This document shows positions 38,001 to 52,400 of a stretch of DNA of 64,000 nucleotides, one piece after another. The translations under genes were made by a program, and so were the position numbers. The DNA is from Auanema rhodensis (lineage: Eukaryota; Animalia; Nematoda). Position 1 is the stretch's first letter. Every line of letters starts with the position of its first letter. The stretch is taken from contig OZ059899.1 in NCBI GenBank assembly GCA_964057225.1, positions 1,798,001-1,862,000 on the forward strand, in the 5' to 3' direction. The notes beneath the pieces were generated by a model that was not told the origin of the DNA, ran no database searches, and saw only the letters and a program-made list of their open reading frames with translations.

Positions 38001-40722
38001 GCAAAGACGATGGACAATGTTATTCAACGAAAAAATTATTTCTTCAGGGTGAAAATCGAGGATATAAGTGTGAACTTATATCAGTTGATATCTCGGTGCA
38101 TTTTTAAGCTAGCGCAAATCTGATAACACAGATCGACGCAGCTTAAAAATCCGCATCGAATGCACTATACTACATTGAGAAACGCTTGATACAAAAATTA
38201 GTCATGATCGTTTGAAAAATGATGCATTAGTGTATGTTGAGTTTCCATGTACACTCAACATTGCTTCCACAAACATTTTGACAAAAATTTTTTCGAAAAA
38301 TTTCAAAATAATTTAGCAAAAAGTAGATGTTTTTAGATTCCTTTTTTCAAGGCAAAGACGATGGACAATGTTATCCAACGAAAAAATTAATTCTTCAGGT
38401 TGAAAATCGAGGATATAAGTGTGAACTTATATCAGTTGATATCTCGGTGCATTTTTAAGCTAGCGCAAATCTGATAACACAGATCGACGCAGCTTAAAAA
38501 TCCGCATCGAATGCACTATACTACATTGAGAAACGCTTGATACAAAAATTAGTCATGATCGTTTGAAAAATGATGCATTAGTGTATGTTGAGTTTCCATG
38601 TACACTCAACATTGCTTCCACAAACATTTTGACAAAAATTTTTTCGAAAAATTTCAAAATAATTTAGCAAAAAGTAGATGTTTTTAGATTTCTTTTTTCA
38701 AGGCAAAGACGATGGACAATGTTATCCAACGAAAAAATTAATTCTTCAGGTTGAAAATCGAGGATATAAGTGTGAACTTATATCAGTTGATATCTCGGTG
38801 CATTTTTAAGCTAGCGAAATCTGATAACACAGATCGACGCAGCTTAAAAATCCGCATCGAATGCACTATACTACATTGAGAAACGCTTGATACAAAAATT
38901 AGTTATGATCGTTTGAAAAATGATGCATTAGTGTATGTTGAGTTTCCATGTACACTCAACATTGCTTCCAAAAACATTTTGACAAAAATTTTTTAGAAAA
39001 ATTTCAAAATAATTTAGCAAAAAGTAAATGTTTTTAGATTCCTTTTTTCAAGGCAAAGACGATGGACAGTGTTATTCAACGAAAAAAATATTTCTTCAGG
39101 GTGAAAATCGAGGATATAAGTGTGAACTTATATCAGTTGATATCTCGGTGCATTTTCAAGCTAGCGCAAATCTGATAACACAGATCGACGCAGCTTAAAA
39201 ATCCGCATCGAATGCACTATACTACATTGAGAAAAGCTTAATTCAAAAATTAGTTATGATCGTTTGAAAAATGATGCATTAGTGTATGTTGAGTTTCCAT
39301 GTACACTCAACATTGCTTCCAAAAACATTTTGACAAAAATTTTTTCGAAAAATTTCAAAACAATTTAGCAAGAAGTAGATGTTCATAGATTCCTTTTTTC
39401 AAGGCAAAGACGATAGACAATGTTATTCAACGAAAAAATTAATTCTTCAGGGTGAAAATCGAGGATATAAGTGTGAACTTATATCAGTTGATATCTCGGT
39501 GCATTTTCAAGCTAGCGCAAATCTGATAACACAGATCGACGCAGCTTAAAAATCCGCATCGAATGCACTATACTAAATTGAGAAACGCTTGATACAAAAA
39601 TTAGTTATGATCGTTTGAAAAATGATGCATTAGTGTATGTTGAGTTTCCATGTACACTCAACATTGCTTCCAAAAACATTTTGACAAAAATTTTTTCGAA
39701 AAATTTCAAAATAATTTAGCAAAAAGTAGATGTTTTTAGATTCCTTTTTTTAAGGCAAAGACGATGGACAATGTTATTCAACGAAAAAATTATTTCTTCA
39801 GGGTGAAAATCGAGGATATAAGTGTGAACTTATATCAGTTGATATCTCGGTGCATTTTTCAGCTAACGCAAATCTGATAACACAGATCGACGCAGGTTAA
39901 AAATCCGCATCGAATGCACTATACTACATTGAGAAACGCTTGATACAAAAATTAGTTATGATCGTTTGAAAAATGATGCATTAGTGTATGTTGAGTTTCC
40001 ATGTACACTCAACATTGCTTCCAAAAACATTTTGACAAAAATTTTTTCGAAAAATTTCAAAATAATTTAGCAAAAAGTATATGTTTTTAGATTCCATTTT
40101 TCAAGGCAAAGACGATGGACAATGTTATTCAACGAAAAAATTAATTCTTCAGGGTGAAAATCGAGGATATAAGTGTGAACTTATATCAGTTGATATCTCG
40201 GTGCATTTTTAAGCTAGCGCAAATCTGATAACACAGATCGACGCAGCTTAAAAATCCGCATCGAATGCACTATACTACATTGAGAAACGCTTGATACAAA
40301 AATTAGTTATGATTGTTTGAAAAATGATGCATTAGTGTATGTTGAGTTTCCATGTACACTCAATATTGCTTCCAAAAACATTTTGACAAAATTTTTTTCA
40401 AAAAATTTCAAAATAATTTAGCAAAAAGTAGATGTTTTTAGATTCCTTTTTTCAAGGCAAAGACGATGGACAATGTTATTCAACGAAAAAAATTATTTCT
40501 TCAGGGTGAAAATCGAGGATATAAGTGTGAACTTATATCAGTTGATATCTCGGTGCATTTTTAAGCTAGCGCAAATCTGATAACACAGATCGACGCAGCT
40601 TAAAAATCCGCATCGAATGCACTATACTACATTGAGAAACGCTTGATACAAAAATTAGTCATGATCGTTTGAAAAATGATGCATTAGTGTATGTTGAGTT
40701 TCCATGTACACTCAACATTGCT

Positions 40723-43700
40723 TCCACAAACATTTTGACAAAAATTTTTTCGAAAAATTTCAAAATAATTTAGCAAAAAGTAGATGTTTTTAGATTCCTT
40801 TTTTCAAGGCAAAGACGATGGACAATGTTATTCAACGAAAAAATTATTTCTTCAGGGTGAAAATCGAGGATATAAGTGTGAACTTATATCAGTTGATATC
40901 TCGGTGCATTTTTAAGCTAGCGCAAATCTGATAACACAGATCGACGCAGCTTAAAAATCCGCATCAAATGCACTATACTACATTGAGAAACGCTTGATAC
41001 AAAAATTAGTCATGATCGTTTGAAAAATGATGCATTAGTGTATGTTGAGTTTCCATGTACACTCAATATTGCTTCCAAAAACATTTTGACAAAATTTTTT
41101 TCGAAAAATTTCAAAATAATTTAGCAAAAAGTAGATGTTTTTAGATTCCTTTTTTCAAGGCAAAGACGATGGACAATGTTATTCAACGAAAAAATTATTT
41201 CTTCAGGGTGAAAATCGAGGATATAAGTGTGAACTTATATCAGTTGATATCTCGGTGCATTTTTAAGCTAGCGCAAATCTGATAACACAGATCGACGCAG
41301 CTTAAAAATCCGCATCGAATGCACTATACTACATTGAGAAACGCTTGATACAAAAATTAGTCATGATCGTTTGAAAAATGATGCATTAGTGTATGTTGAG
41401 TTTCCATGTACACTCAACATTGCTTCCACAAACATTTTGACAAAAATTTTTTCGAAAAATTTCAAAATAATTTAGCAAAAAGTAGATGTTTTTAGATTCC
41501 TTTTTTCAAGGCAAAGACGATGGACAATGTTATTCAACGAAAAAATTATTTCTTCAGGGTGAAAATCGAGGATATAAGTGTGAACTTATATCAGTTGATA
41601 TCTCGGTGCATTTTTAAGCTAGCGCAAATCTGATAACACAGATCGACGCAGCTTAAAAATCCGCATCGAATGCACTATACTACATTGAGAAACGCTTGAT
41701 ACAAAAATTAGTCATGATCGTTTGAAAAATGATGCATTAGTGTATGTTGAGTTTCCATGTACACTCAATATTGCTTCCAAAAACATTTTGACAAAATTTT
41801 TTTCGAAAAATTTCAAAATAATTTAGCAAAAAGTAGATGTTTTTAGATTCCTTTTTTCAAGGCAAAGACGATGGACAATGTTATTCAACGAAAAAATTAT
41901 TTCTTCAGGGTGAAAATCGAGGATATAAGTGTGAACTTATATCAGTTGATATCTCGGTGCATTTTTAAGCTAGCGCAAATCTGATAACACAGATCGACGC
42001 AGCTTAAAAATCCGCATCAAATGCACTATACTACATTGAGAAACGCTTGATACAAAAATTAGTCATGATCGTTTGAAAAATGATGCATTAGTGTATGTTG
42101 AGTTTCCATGTACACTCAATATTGCTTCCAAAAACATTTTGACAAAATTTTTTTCGAAAAATTTCAAAATAATTTAGCAAAAAGTAGATGTTTTTAGATT
42201 CCTTTTTTCAAGGCAAAGACGATGGACAATGTTATTCAACGAAAAAATTATTTCTTCAGGGTGAAAATCGAGGATATAAGTGTGAACTTATATCAGTTGA
42301 TATCTCGGTGCATTTTTAAGCTAGCGCAAATCTGATAACACAGATCGACGCAGCTTAAAAATCCGCATCGAATGCACTATACTACATTGAGAAACGCTTG
42401 ATACAAAAATTAGTCATGATCGTTTGAAAAATGATGCATTAGTGTATGTTGAGTTTCCATGTACACTCAACATTGCTTCCACAAACATTTTGACAAAAAT
42501 TTTTTCGAAAAATTTCAAAATAATTTAGCAAAAAGTAGATGTTTTTAGATTCCTTTTTTCAAGGCAAAGACGATGGACAATGTTATTCAACGAAAAAATT
42601 ATTTCTTCAGGGTGAAAATCGAGGATATAAGTGTGAACTTATATCAGTTGATATCTCGGTGCATTTTTAAGCTAGCGCAAATCTGATAACACAGATCGAC
42701 GCAGCTTAAAAATCCGCATCGAATGCACTATACTACATTGAGAAACGCTTGATACAAAAATTAGTCATGATCGTTTGAAAAATGATGCATTAGTGTATGT
42801 TGAGTTTCCATGTACACTCAATATTGCTTCCAAAAACATTTTGACAAAATTTTTTTCGAAAAATTTCAAAATAATTTAGCAAAAAGTAGATGTTTTTAGA
42901 TTCCTTTTTTCAAGGCAAAGACGATGGACAATGTTATTCAACGAAAAAATTATTTCTTCAGGGTGAAAATCGAGGATATAAGTGTGAACTTATATCAGTT
43001 GATATCTCGGTGCATTTTTAAGCTAGCGCAAATCTGATAACACAGATCGACGCAGCTTAAAAATCCGCATCGAATGCACTATACTACATTGAGAAACGCT
43101 TGATACAAAAATTAGTCATGATCGTTTGAAAAATGATGCATTAGTGTATGTTGAGTTTCCATGTACACTCAACATTGCTTCCACAAACATTTTGACAAAA
43201 ATTTTTTCGAAAAATTTCAAAATAATTTAGCAAAAAGTAGATGTTTTTAGATTCCTTTTTTCAAGGCAAAGACGATGGACAATGTTATTCAACGAAAAAA
43301 TTATTTCTTCAGGGTGAAAATCGAGGATATAAGTGTGAACTTATATCAGTTGATATCTCGGTGCATTTTTAAGCTAGCGCAAATCTGATAACACAGATCG
43401 ACGCAGCTTAAAAATCCGCATCAAATGCACTATACTACATTGAGAAACGCTTGATACAAAAATTAGTCATGATCGTTTGAAAAATGATGCATTAGTGTAT
43501 GTTGAGTTTCCATGTACACTCAATATTGCTTCCAAAAACATTTTGACAAAATTTTTTTCGAAAAATTTCAAAATAATTTAGCAAAAAGTAGATGTTTTTA
43601 GATTCCTTTTTTCAAGGCAAAGACGATGGACAATGTTATTCAACGAAAAAATTATTTCTTCAGGGTGAAAATCGAGGATATAAGTGTGAACTTATATCAG

Positions 43701-46700
43701 TTGATATCTCGGTGCATTTTTAAGCTAGCGCAAATCTGATAACACAGATCGACGCAGCTTAAAAATCCGCATCGAATGCACTATACTACATTGAGAAACG
43801 CTTGATACAAAAATTAGTCATGATCGTTTGAAAAATGATGCATTAGTGTATGTTGAGTTTCCATGTACACTCAACATTGCTTCCACAAACATTTTGACAA
43901 AAATTTTTTCGAAAAATTTCAAAATAATTTAGCAAAAAGTAGATGTTTTTAGATTCCTTTTTTCAAGGCAAAGACGATGGACAATGTTATTCAACGAAAA
44001 AATTATTTCTTCAGGGTGAAAATCGAGGATATAAGTGTGAACTTATATCAGTTGATATCTCGGTGCATTTTTAAGCTAGCGCAAATCTGATAACACAGAT
44101 CGACGCAGCTTAAAAATCCGCATCGAATGCACTATACTACATTGAGAAACGCTTGATACAAAAATTAGTCATGATCGTTTGAAAAATGATGCATTAGTGT
44201 ATGTTGAGTTTCCATGTACACTCAATATTGCTTCCAAAAACATTTTGACAAAATTTTTTTCGAAAAATTTCAAAATAATTTAGCAAAAAGTAGATGTTTT
44301 TAGATTCCTTTTTTCAAGGCAAAGACGATGGACAATGTTATTCAACGAAAAAATTATTTCTTCAGGGTGAAAATCGAGGATATAAGTGTGAACTTATATC
44401 AGTTGATATCTCGGTGCATTTTTAAGCTAGCGCAAATCTGATAACACAGATCGACGCAGCTTAAAAATCCGCATCGAATGCACTATACTACATTGAGAAA
44501 CGCTTGATACAAAAATTAGTCATGATCGTTTGAAAAATGATGCATTAGTGTATGTTGAGTTTCCATGTACACTCAACATTGCTTCCACAAACATTTTGAC
44601 AAAAATTTTTTCGAAAAATTTCAAAATAATTTAGCAAAAAGTAGATGTTTTTAGATTCCTTTTTTCAAGGCAAAGACGATGGACAATGTTATTCAACGAA
44701 AAAATTATTTCTTCAGGGTGAAAATCGAGGATATAAGTGTGAACTTATATCAGTTGATATCTCGGTGCATTTTTAAGCTAGCGCAAATCTGATAACACAG
44801 ATCGACGCAGCTTAAAAATCCGCATCAAATGCACTATACTACATTGAGAAACGCTTGATACAAAAATTAGTCATGATCGTTTGAAAAATGATGCATTAGT
44901 GTATGTTGAGTTTCCATGTACACTCAATATTGCTTCCAAAAACATTTTGACAAAATTTTTTTCGAAAAATTTCAAAATAATTTAGCAAAAAGTAGATGTT
45001 TTTAGATTCCTTTTTTCAAGGCAAAGACGACGGACAATGTTATTCAACGAAAAAATTATTTCTTCAGGGTGAAAATCGAGGATATAAGTGTGAACTTATA
45101 TCAGTTGATATCTCGGTGCATTTTTAAGCTAGCGCAAATCTGATAACACAGATCGACGCAGCTTAAAAATCCGCATCAAATGCACTATACTACATTGAGA
45201 AACGCTTGATACAAAAATTAGTCATGATCGTTTGAAAAATGATGCATTAGTGTATGTTGAGTTTCCATGTACACTCAATATTGCTTCCAAAAACATTTTG
45301 ACAAAATTTTTTTCGAAAAATTTCAAAATAATTTAGCAAAAAGTAGATGTTTTTAGATTCCTTTTTTCAAGGCAAAGACGATGGACAATGTTATTCAACG
45401 AAAAAATTATTTCTTCAGGGTGAAAATCGAGGATATAAGTGTGAACTTATATCAGTTGATATCTCGGTGCATTTTTAAGCTAGCGCAAATCTGATAACAC
45501 AGATCGACGCAGCTTAAAAATCCGCATCGAATGCACTATACTACATTGAGAAACGCTTGATACAAAAATTAGTCATGATCGTTTGAAAAATGATGCATTA
45601 GTGTATGTTGAGTTTCCATGTACACTCAACATTGCTTCCACAAACATTTTGACAAAAATTTTTTCGAAAAATTTCAAAATAATTTAGCAAAAAGTAGATG
45701 TTTTTAGATTCCTTTTTTCAAGGCAAAGACGATGGACAATGTTATTCAACGAAAAAATTATTTCTTCAGGGTGAAAATCGAGGATATAAGTGTGAACTTA
45801 TATCAGTTGATATCTCGGTGCATTTTTAAGCTAGCGCAAATCTGATAACACAGATCGACGCAGCTTAAAAATCCGCATCGAATGCACTATACTACATTGA
45901 GAAACGCTTGATACAAAAATTAGTCATGATCGTTTGAAAAATGATGCATTAGTGTATGTTGAGTTTCCATGTACACTCAATATTGCTTCCAAAAACATTT
46001 TGACAAAATTTTTTTCGAAAAATTTCAAAATAATTTAGCAAAAAGTAGATGTTTTTAGATTCCTTTTTTCAAGGCAAAGACGATGGACAATGTTATTCAA
46101 CGAAAAAATTATTTCTTCAGGGTGAAAATCGAGGATATAAGTGTGAACTTATATCAGTTGATATCTCGGTGCATTTTTAAGCTAGCGCAAATCTGATAAC
46201 ACAGATCGACGCAGCTTAAAAATCCGCATCGAATGCACTATACTACATTGAGAAACGCTTGATACAAAAATTAGTCATGATCGTTTGAAAAATGATGCAT
46301 TAGTGTATGTTGAGTTTCCATGTACACTCAACATTGCTTCCACAAACATTTTGACAAAAATTTTTTCGAAAAATTTCAAAATAATTTAGCAAAAAGTAGT
46401 TGTTTTTAGATTCCTTTTTTCAAGGCAAAGACGATGGACAATGTTATTCAACGAAAAAATTATTTCTTCAGGGTGAAAATCGAGGATATAAGTGTGAACT
46501 TATATCAGTTGATATCTCGGTGCATTTTTAAGCTAGCGCAAATCTGATAACACAGATCGACGCAGCTTAAAAATCCGCATCAAATGCACTATACTACATT
46601 GAGAAACGCTTGATACAAAAATTAGTCATGATCGTTTGAAAAATGATGCATTAGTGTATGTTGAGTTTCCATGTACACTCAATATTGCTTCCAAAAACAT

Positions 46701-49497
46701 TTTGACAAAATTTTTTTCGAAAAATTTCAAAATAATTTAGCAAAAAGTAGATGTTTTTAGATTCCTTTTTTCAAGGCAAAGACGATGGACAATGTTATTC
46801 AACGAAAAAATTATTTCTTCAGGGTGAAAATCGAGGATATAAGTGTGAACTTATATCAGTTGATATCTCGGTGCATTTTTAAGCTAGCGCAAATCTGATA
46901 ACACAGATCGACGCAGCTTAAAAATCCGCATCAAATGCACTATACTACATTGAGAAACGCTTGATACAAAAATTAGTCATGATCGTTTGAAAAATGATGC
47001 ATTAGTGTATGTTGAGTTTCCATGTACACTCAATATTGCTTCCAAAAACATTTTGACAAAATTTTTTTCGAAAAATTTCAAAATAATTTAGCAAAAAGTA
47101 GATGTTTTTAGATTCCTTTTTTCAAGGCAAAGACGATGGACAATGTTATTCAACGAAAAAATTATTTCTTCAGGGTGAAAATCGAGGATATAAGTGTGAA
47201 CTTATATCAGTTGATATCTCGGTGCATTTTTAAGCTAGCGCAAATCTGATAACACAGATCGACGCAGCTTAAAAATCCGCATCGAATGCACTATACTACA
47301 TTGAGAAACGCTTGATACAAAAATTAGTCATGATCGTTTGAAAAATGATGCATTAGTGTATGTTGAGTTTCCATGTACACTCAATATTGCTTCCAAAAAC
47401 ATTTTGACAAAATTTTTTTCGAAAAATTTCAAAATAATTCAGCAAAAAGTAGATGTTTTTAGATTCCTTTTTTCAAGGCAAAGACGATGGACAATGTTAT
47501 TCAACGAAAAAATTATTTCTTCAGGGTGAAAATCGAGGATATAAGTGTGAACTTATATCAGTTGATATCTCGGTGCATTTTTAAGCTAGCGCAAATCTGA
47601 TAACACAGATCGACGCAGCTTAAAAATCCGCATCGAATGCACTATACTACATTGAGAAACGCTTGATACAAAAATTAGTCATGATCGTTTGAAAAATGAT
47701 GCATTAGTGTATGTTGAGTTTCCATGTACACTCAACATTGCTTCCACAAACATTTTGACAAAAATTTTTTCGAAAAATTTCAAAATAATTTAGCAAAAAG
47801 TAGATGTTTTTAGATTCCTTTTTTCAAGGCAAAGACGATGGACAATGTTATTCAACGAAAAAATTATTTCTTCAGGGTGAAAATCGAGGATATAAGTGTG
47901 AACTTATATCAGTTGATATCTCGGTGCATTTTTAAGCTAGCGCAAATCTGATAACACAGATCGACGCAGCTTAAAAATCCGCATCGAATGCACTATACTA
48001 CATTGAGAAACGCTTGATACAAAAATTAGTCATGATCGTTTGAAAAATGATGCATTAGTGTATGTTGAGTTTCCATGTACACTCAATATTGCTTCCAAAA
48101 ACATTTTGACAAAATTTTTTTCGAAAAATTTCAAAATAATTTAGCAAAAAGTAGATGTTTTTAGATTCCTTTTTTCAAGGCAAAGACGATGGACAATGTT
48201 ATTCAACGAAAAAATTATTTCTTCAGGGTGAAAATCGAGGATATAAGTGTGAACTTATATCAGTTGATATCTCGGTGCATTTTTAAGCTAGCGCAAATCT
48301 GATAACACAGATCGACGCAGCTTAAAAATCCGCATCGAATGCACTATACTACATTGAGAAACGCTTGATACAAAAATTAGTCATGATCGTTTGAAAAATG
48401 ATGCATTAGTGTATGTTGAGTTTCCATGTACACTCAACATTGCTTCCACAAACATTTTGACAAAAATTTTTTCGAAAAATTTCAAAATAATTTAGCAAAA
48501 AGTAGATGTTTTTAGATTCCTTTTTTCAAGGCAAAGACGATGGACAATGTTATTCAACGAAAAAATTATTTCTTCAGGGTGAAAATCGAGGATATAAGTG
48601 TGAACTTATATCAGTTGATATCTCGGTGCATTTTTAAGCTAGCGCAAATCTGATAACACAGATCGACGCAGCTTAAAAATCCGCATCAAATGCACTATAC
48701 TACATTGAGAAACGCTTGATACAAAAATTAGTCATGATCGTTTGAAAAATGATGCATTAGTGTATGTTGAGTTTCCATGTACACTCAATATTGCTTCCAA
48801 AAACATTTTGACAAAATTTTTTTCGAAAAATTTCAAAATAATTTAGCAAAAAGTAGATGTTTTTAGATTCCTTTTTTCAAGGCAAAGACGATGGACAATG
48901 TTATTCAACGAAAAAATTATTTCTTCAGGGTGAAAATCGAGGATATAAGTGTGAACTTATATCAGTTGATATCTCGGTGCATTTTTAAGCTAGCGCAAAT
49001 CTGATAACACAGATCGACGCAGCTTAAAAATCCGCATCAAATGCACTATACTACATTGAGAAACGCTTGATACAAAAATTAGTCATGATCGTTTGAAAAA
49101 TGATGCATTAGTGTATGTTGAGTTTCCATGTACACTCAATATTGCTTCCAAAAACATTTTGACAAAATTTTTTTCGAAAAATTTCAAAATAATTTAGCAA
49201 AAAGTAGATGTTTTTAGATTCCTTTTTTCAAGGCAAAGACGATGGACAATGTTATTCAACGAAAAAATTATTTCTTCAGGGTGAAAATCGAGGATATAAG
49301 TGTGAACTTATATCAGTTGATATCTCGGTGCATTTTTAAGCTAGCGCAAATCTGATAACACAGATCGACGCAGCTTAAAAATCCGCATCGAATGCACTAT
49401 ACTACATTGAGAAACGCTTGATACAAAAATTAGTTATGATCGTTCGAAAAATGATGCATTAGTGTATGTTGAGTTTCCATGTACACTCAACATTGCT
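40723..49497 (+). repeat. Highly homogeneous domain: 25 monomers of exactly 351 bp, gtcatg haplotype, containing a 5-mer (1755 bp) x3
   Basis: 49498-40723 = 25x351. Copies differ almost only at A5C, A22T, G244A and C345T. The same 5-monomer order occurs at 43531, 45286 and 47392. Confidence 0.85.
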
Positions 49498-52400
49498 TCC
49501 AAAAACATTTTGACAAAAATTTTTTCGAAAAATTTCAAAATAATTTAGCAAAAAGTAAATGTTTTTAGATTCTTTTTTTCAAGGCAAAGACGATGGACAG
49601 TGTTATTCAACGAAAAAAATATTTCTTCAGGGTGAAAATCGAGGATATAAGTGTGAACTTATATCAGTTGATATCTCGGTGCATTTTCAAGCTAGCGCAA
49701 ATCTGATAACACAGATCGACGCAGCTCAAAAATCCGCATCGAATGCACTATACTACATTGAGAAAAGCTTAATTCAAAAATTAGTTATGATCGTTTGAAA
49801 AATGATGCATTAGTGTATGTTGAGTTTCCATGTACACTCAACATTGCTTCCAAAAACATTTTGACAAAAATTTTTTCGAAAAATTTCAAAATAATTTAGC
49901 AAAAAGTAGATGTTTTTAGATTCCTTTTTTTAAGGCAAAGACGATGGACAATGTTATTCAACGAAAAAATTATTTCTTCAGGGTGAAAATCGAGGATATA
50001 AGTGTGAACTTATATCAGTTGATATCTCGGTGCATTTTCAAGCTAGCGCAAATCTGATAACACAGATCGACGCAGCTTAAAAATCCGCATCGAATGCACT
50101 ATACTAAATTGAGAAACGCTTGATACAAAAATTAGTTATGATCGTTTGAAAAATGATGCATTAGTGTATGTTGAGTTTCCATGTACACTCAACATTGCTT
50201 CCAAAAACATTTTGACAAAAATTTTTTCGAAAAATTTCAAAATAATTTAGCAAAAAGTAGATGTTTTTAGATTCCTTTTTTTAAGGCAAAGACGATGGAC
50301 AATGTTATTCAACGAAAAAATTATTTCTTCAGGGTGAAAATCGAGGATATAAGTGTGAACTTATATCAGTTGATATCTCGGTGCATTTTTAAGCTAGCGC
50401 AAATCTGATAACACAGATCGACGCAGCTTAAAAATCCGCATCGAATGCACTATACTACATTGAGAAACGCTTGATACAAAAATTAGTTATGATCGTTTGA
50501 AAAATGATGCATTAGTGTATGTTGAGTTTCCATGTACACTCAACATTGCTTCCAAAAACATTTTGACAAAAATTTTTTCGAAAAATTTCAAAATAATTTA
50601 GCAAAAAGTAAATGTTTTTAGATTCTTTTTTTCAAGGCAAAGACGATGGACAGTGTTATTCAACGAAAAAAATATTTCTTCAGGGTGAAAATCGAGGATA
50701 TAAGTGTGAACTTATATCAGTTGATATCTCGGTGCATTTTCAAGCTAGCGCAAATCTGATAACACAGATCGACGCAGCTCAAAAATCCGCATCGAATGCA
50801 CTATACTACATTGAGAAAAGCTTAATTCAAAAATTAGTTATGATCGTTTGAAAAATGATGCATTAGTGTATGTTGAGTTTCCATGTACACTCAACATTGC
50901 TTCCAAAAACATTTTGACAAAAATTTTTTCGAAAAATTTCAAAATAATTTAGCAAAAAGTAGATGTTTTTAGATTCCGTTTTTTAAGGCAAAGACGATGG
51001 ACAATGTTATTCAACGAAAAAATTATTTCTTCAGGGTGAAAATCGAGGATATAAGTGTGAACTTATATCAGTTGATATCTCGGTGCATTTTTAAGCTAGC
51101 GCAAATCTGATAACACAGATCGACGCAGCTTAAAAATCCGCATCGAATGCACTATACTACATTGAGAAACGCTTGATACAAAAATTAGTTATGATCGTTT
51201 GAAAAATGATGCATTAGTGTATGTTGAGTTTCCATGTACACTCAACATTGCTTCCAAAAACATTTTGACAAAAATTTTTTCGAAAAATTTCAAAATAATT
51301 TAGCAAAAAGTAAATGTTTTTAGATTCTTTTTTTCAAGGCAAAGACGATGGACAGTGTTATTCAACGAAAAAAATATTTCTTCAGGGTGAAAATCGAGGA
51401 TATAAGTGTGAACTTATATCAGTTGATATCTCGGTGCATTTTCAAGCTAGCGCAAATCTGATAACACAGATCGACGCAGCTCAAAAATCCGCATCGAATG
51501 CACTATACTACATTGAGAAAAGCTTAATTCAAAAATTAGTTATGATCGTTTGAAAAATGATGCATTAGTGTATGTTGAGTTTCCATGTACACTCAACATT
51601 GCTTCCAAAAACATTTTGACAAAAATTTTTTCGAAAAATTTCAAAATAATTTAGCAAAAAGTAGATGTTTTTAGATTCCTTTTTTTAAGGCAAAGACGAT
51701 GGACAATGTTATTCAACGAAAAAATTATTTCTTCAGGGTGAAAATCGAGGATATAAGTGTGAACTTATATCAGTTGATATCTCGGTGCATTTTCAAGCTA
51801 GCGCAAATCTGATAACACAGATCGACGCAGCTTAAAAATCCGCATCGAATGCACTATACTAAATTGAGAAACGCTTGATACAAAAATTAGTTATGATCGT
51901 TTGAAAAATGATGCATTAGTGTATGTTGAGTTTCCATGTACACTCAACATTGCTTCCAAAAACATTTTGACAAAAATTTTTTCGAAAAATTTCAAAATAA
52001 TTTAGCAAAAAGTAGATGTTTTTAGATTCCTTTTTTTAAGGCAAAGACGATGGACAATGTTATTCAACGAAAAAATTATTTCTTCAGGGTGAAAATCGAG
52101 GATATAAGTGTGAACTTATATCAGTTGATATCTCGGTGCATTTTTAAGCTAGCGCAAATCTGATAACACAGATCGACGCAGCTTAAAAATCCGCATCGAA
52201 TGCACTATACTACATTGAGAAACGCTTGATACAAAAATTAGTTATGATCGTTTGAAAAATGATGCATTAGTGTATGTTGAGTTTCCATGTACACTCAACA
52301 TTGCTTCCAAAAACATTTTGACAAAAATTTTTTCGAAAAATTTCAATATAATTTAGCAAAAAGTAAATGTTTTTAGATTCTTTTTTTCAAGGCAAAGACG

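Noticed and set aside
47338-47529. 63-aa plus-strand ORF
   Set aside because: It has a TTG start and is opened by a singleton TAG>CAG change (aattcagc) in one monomer.
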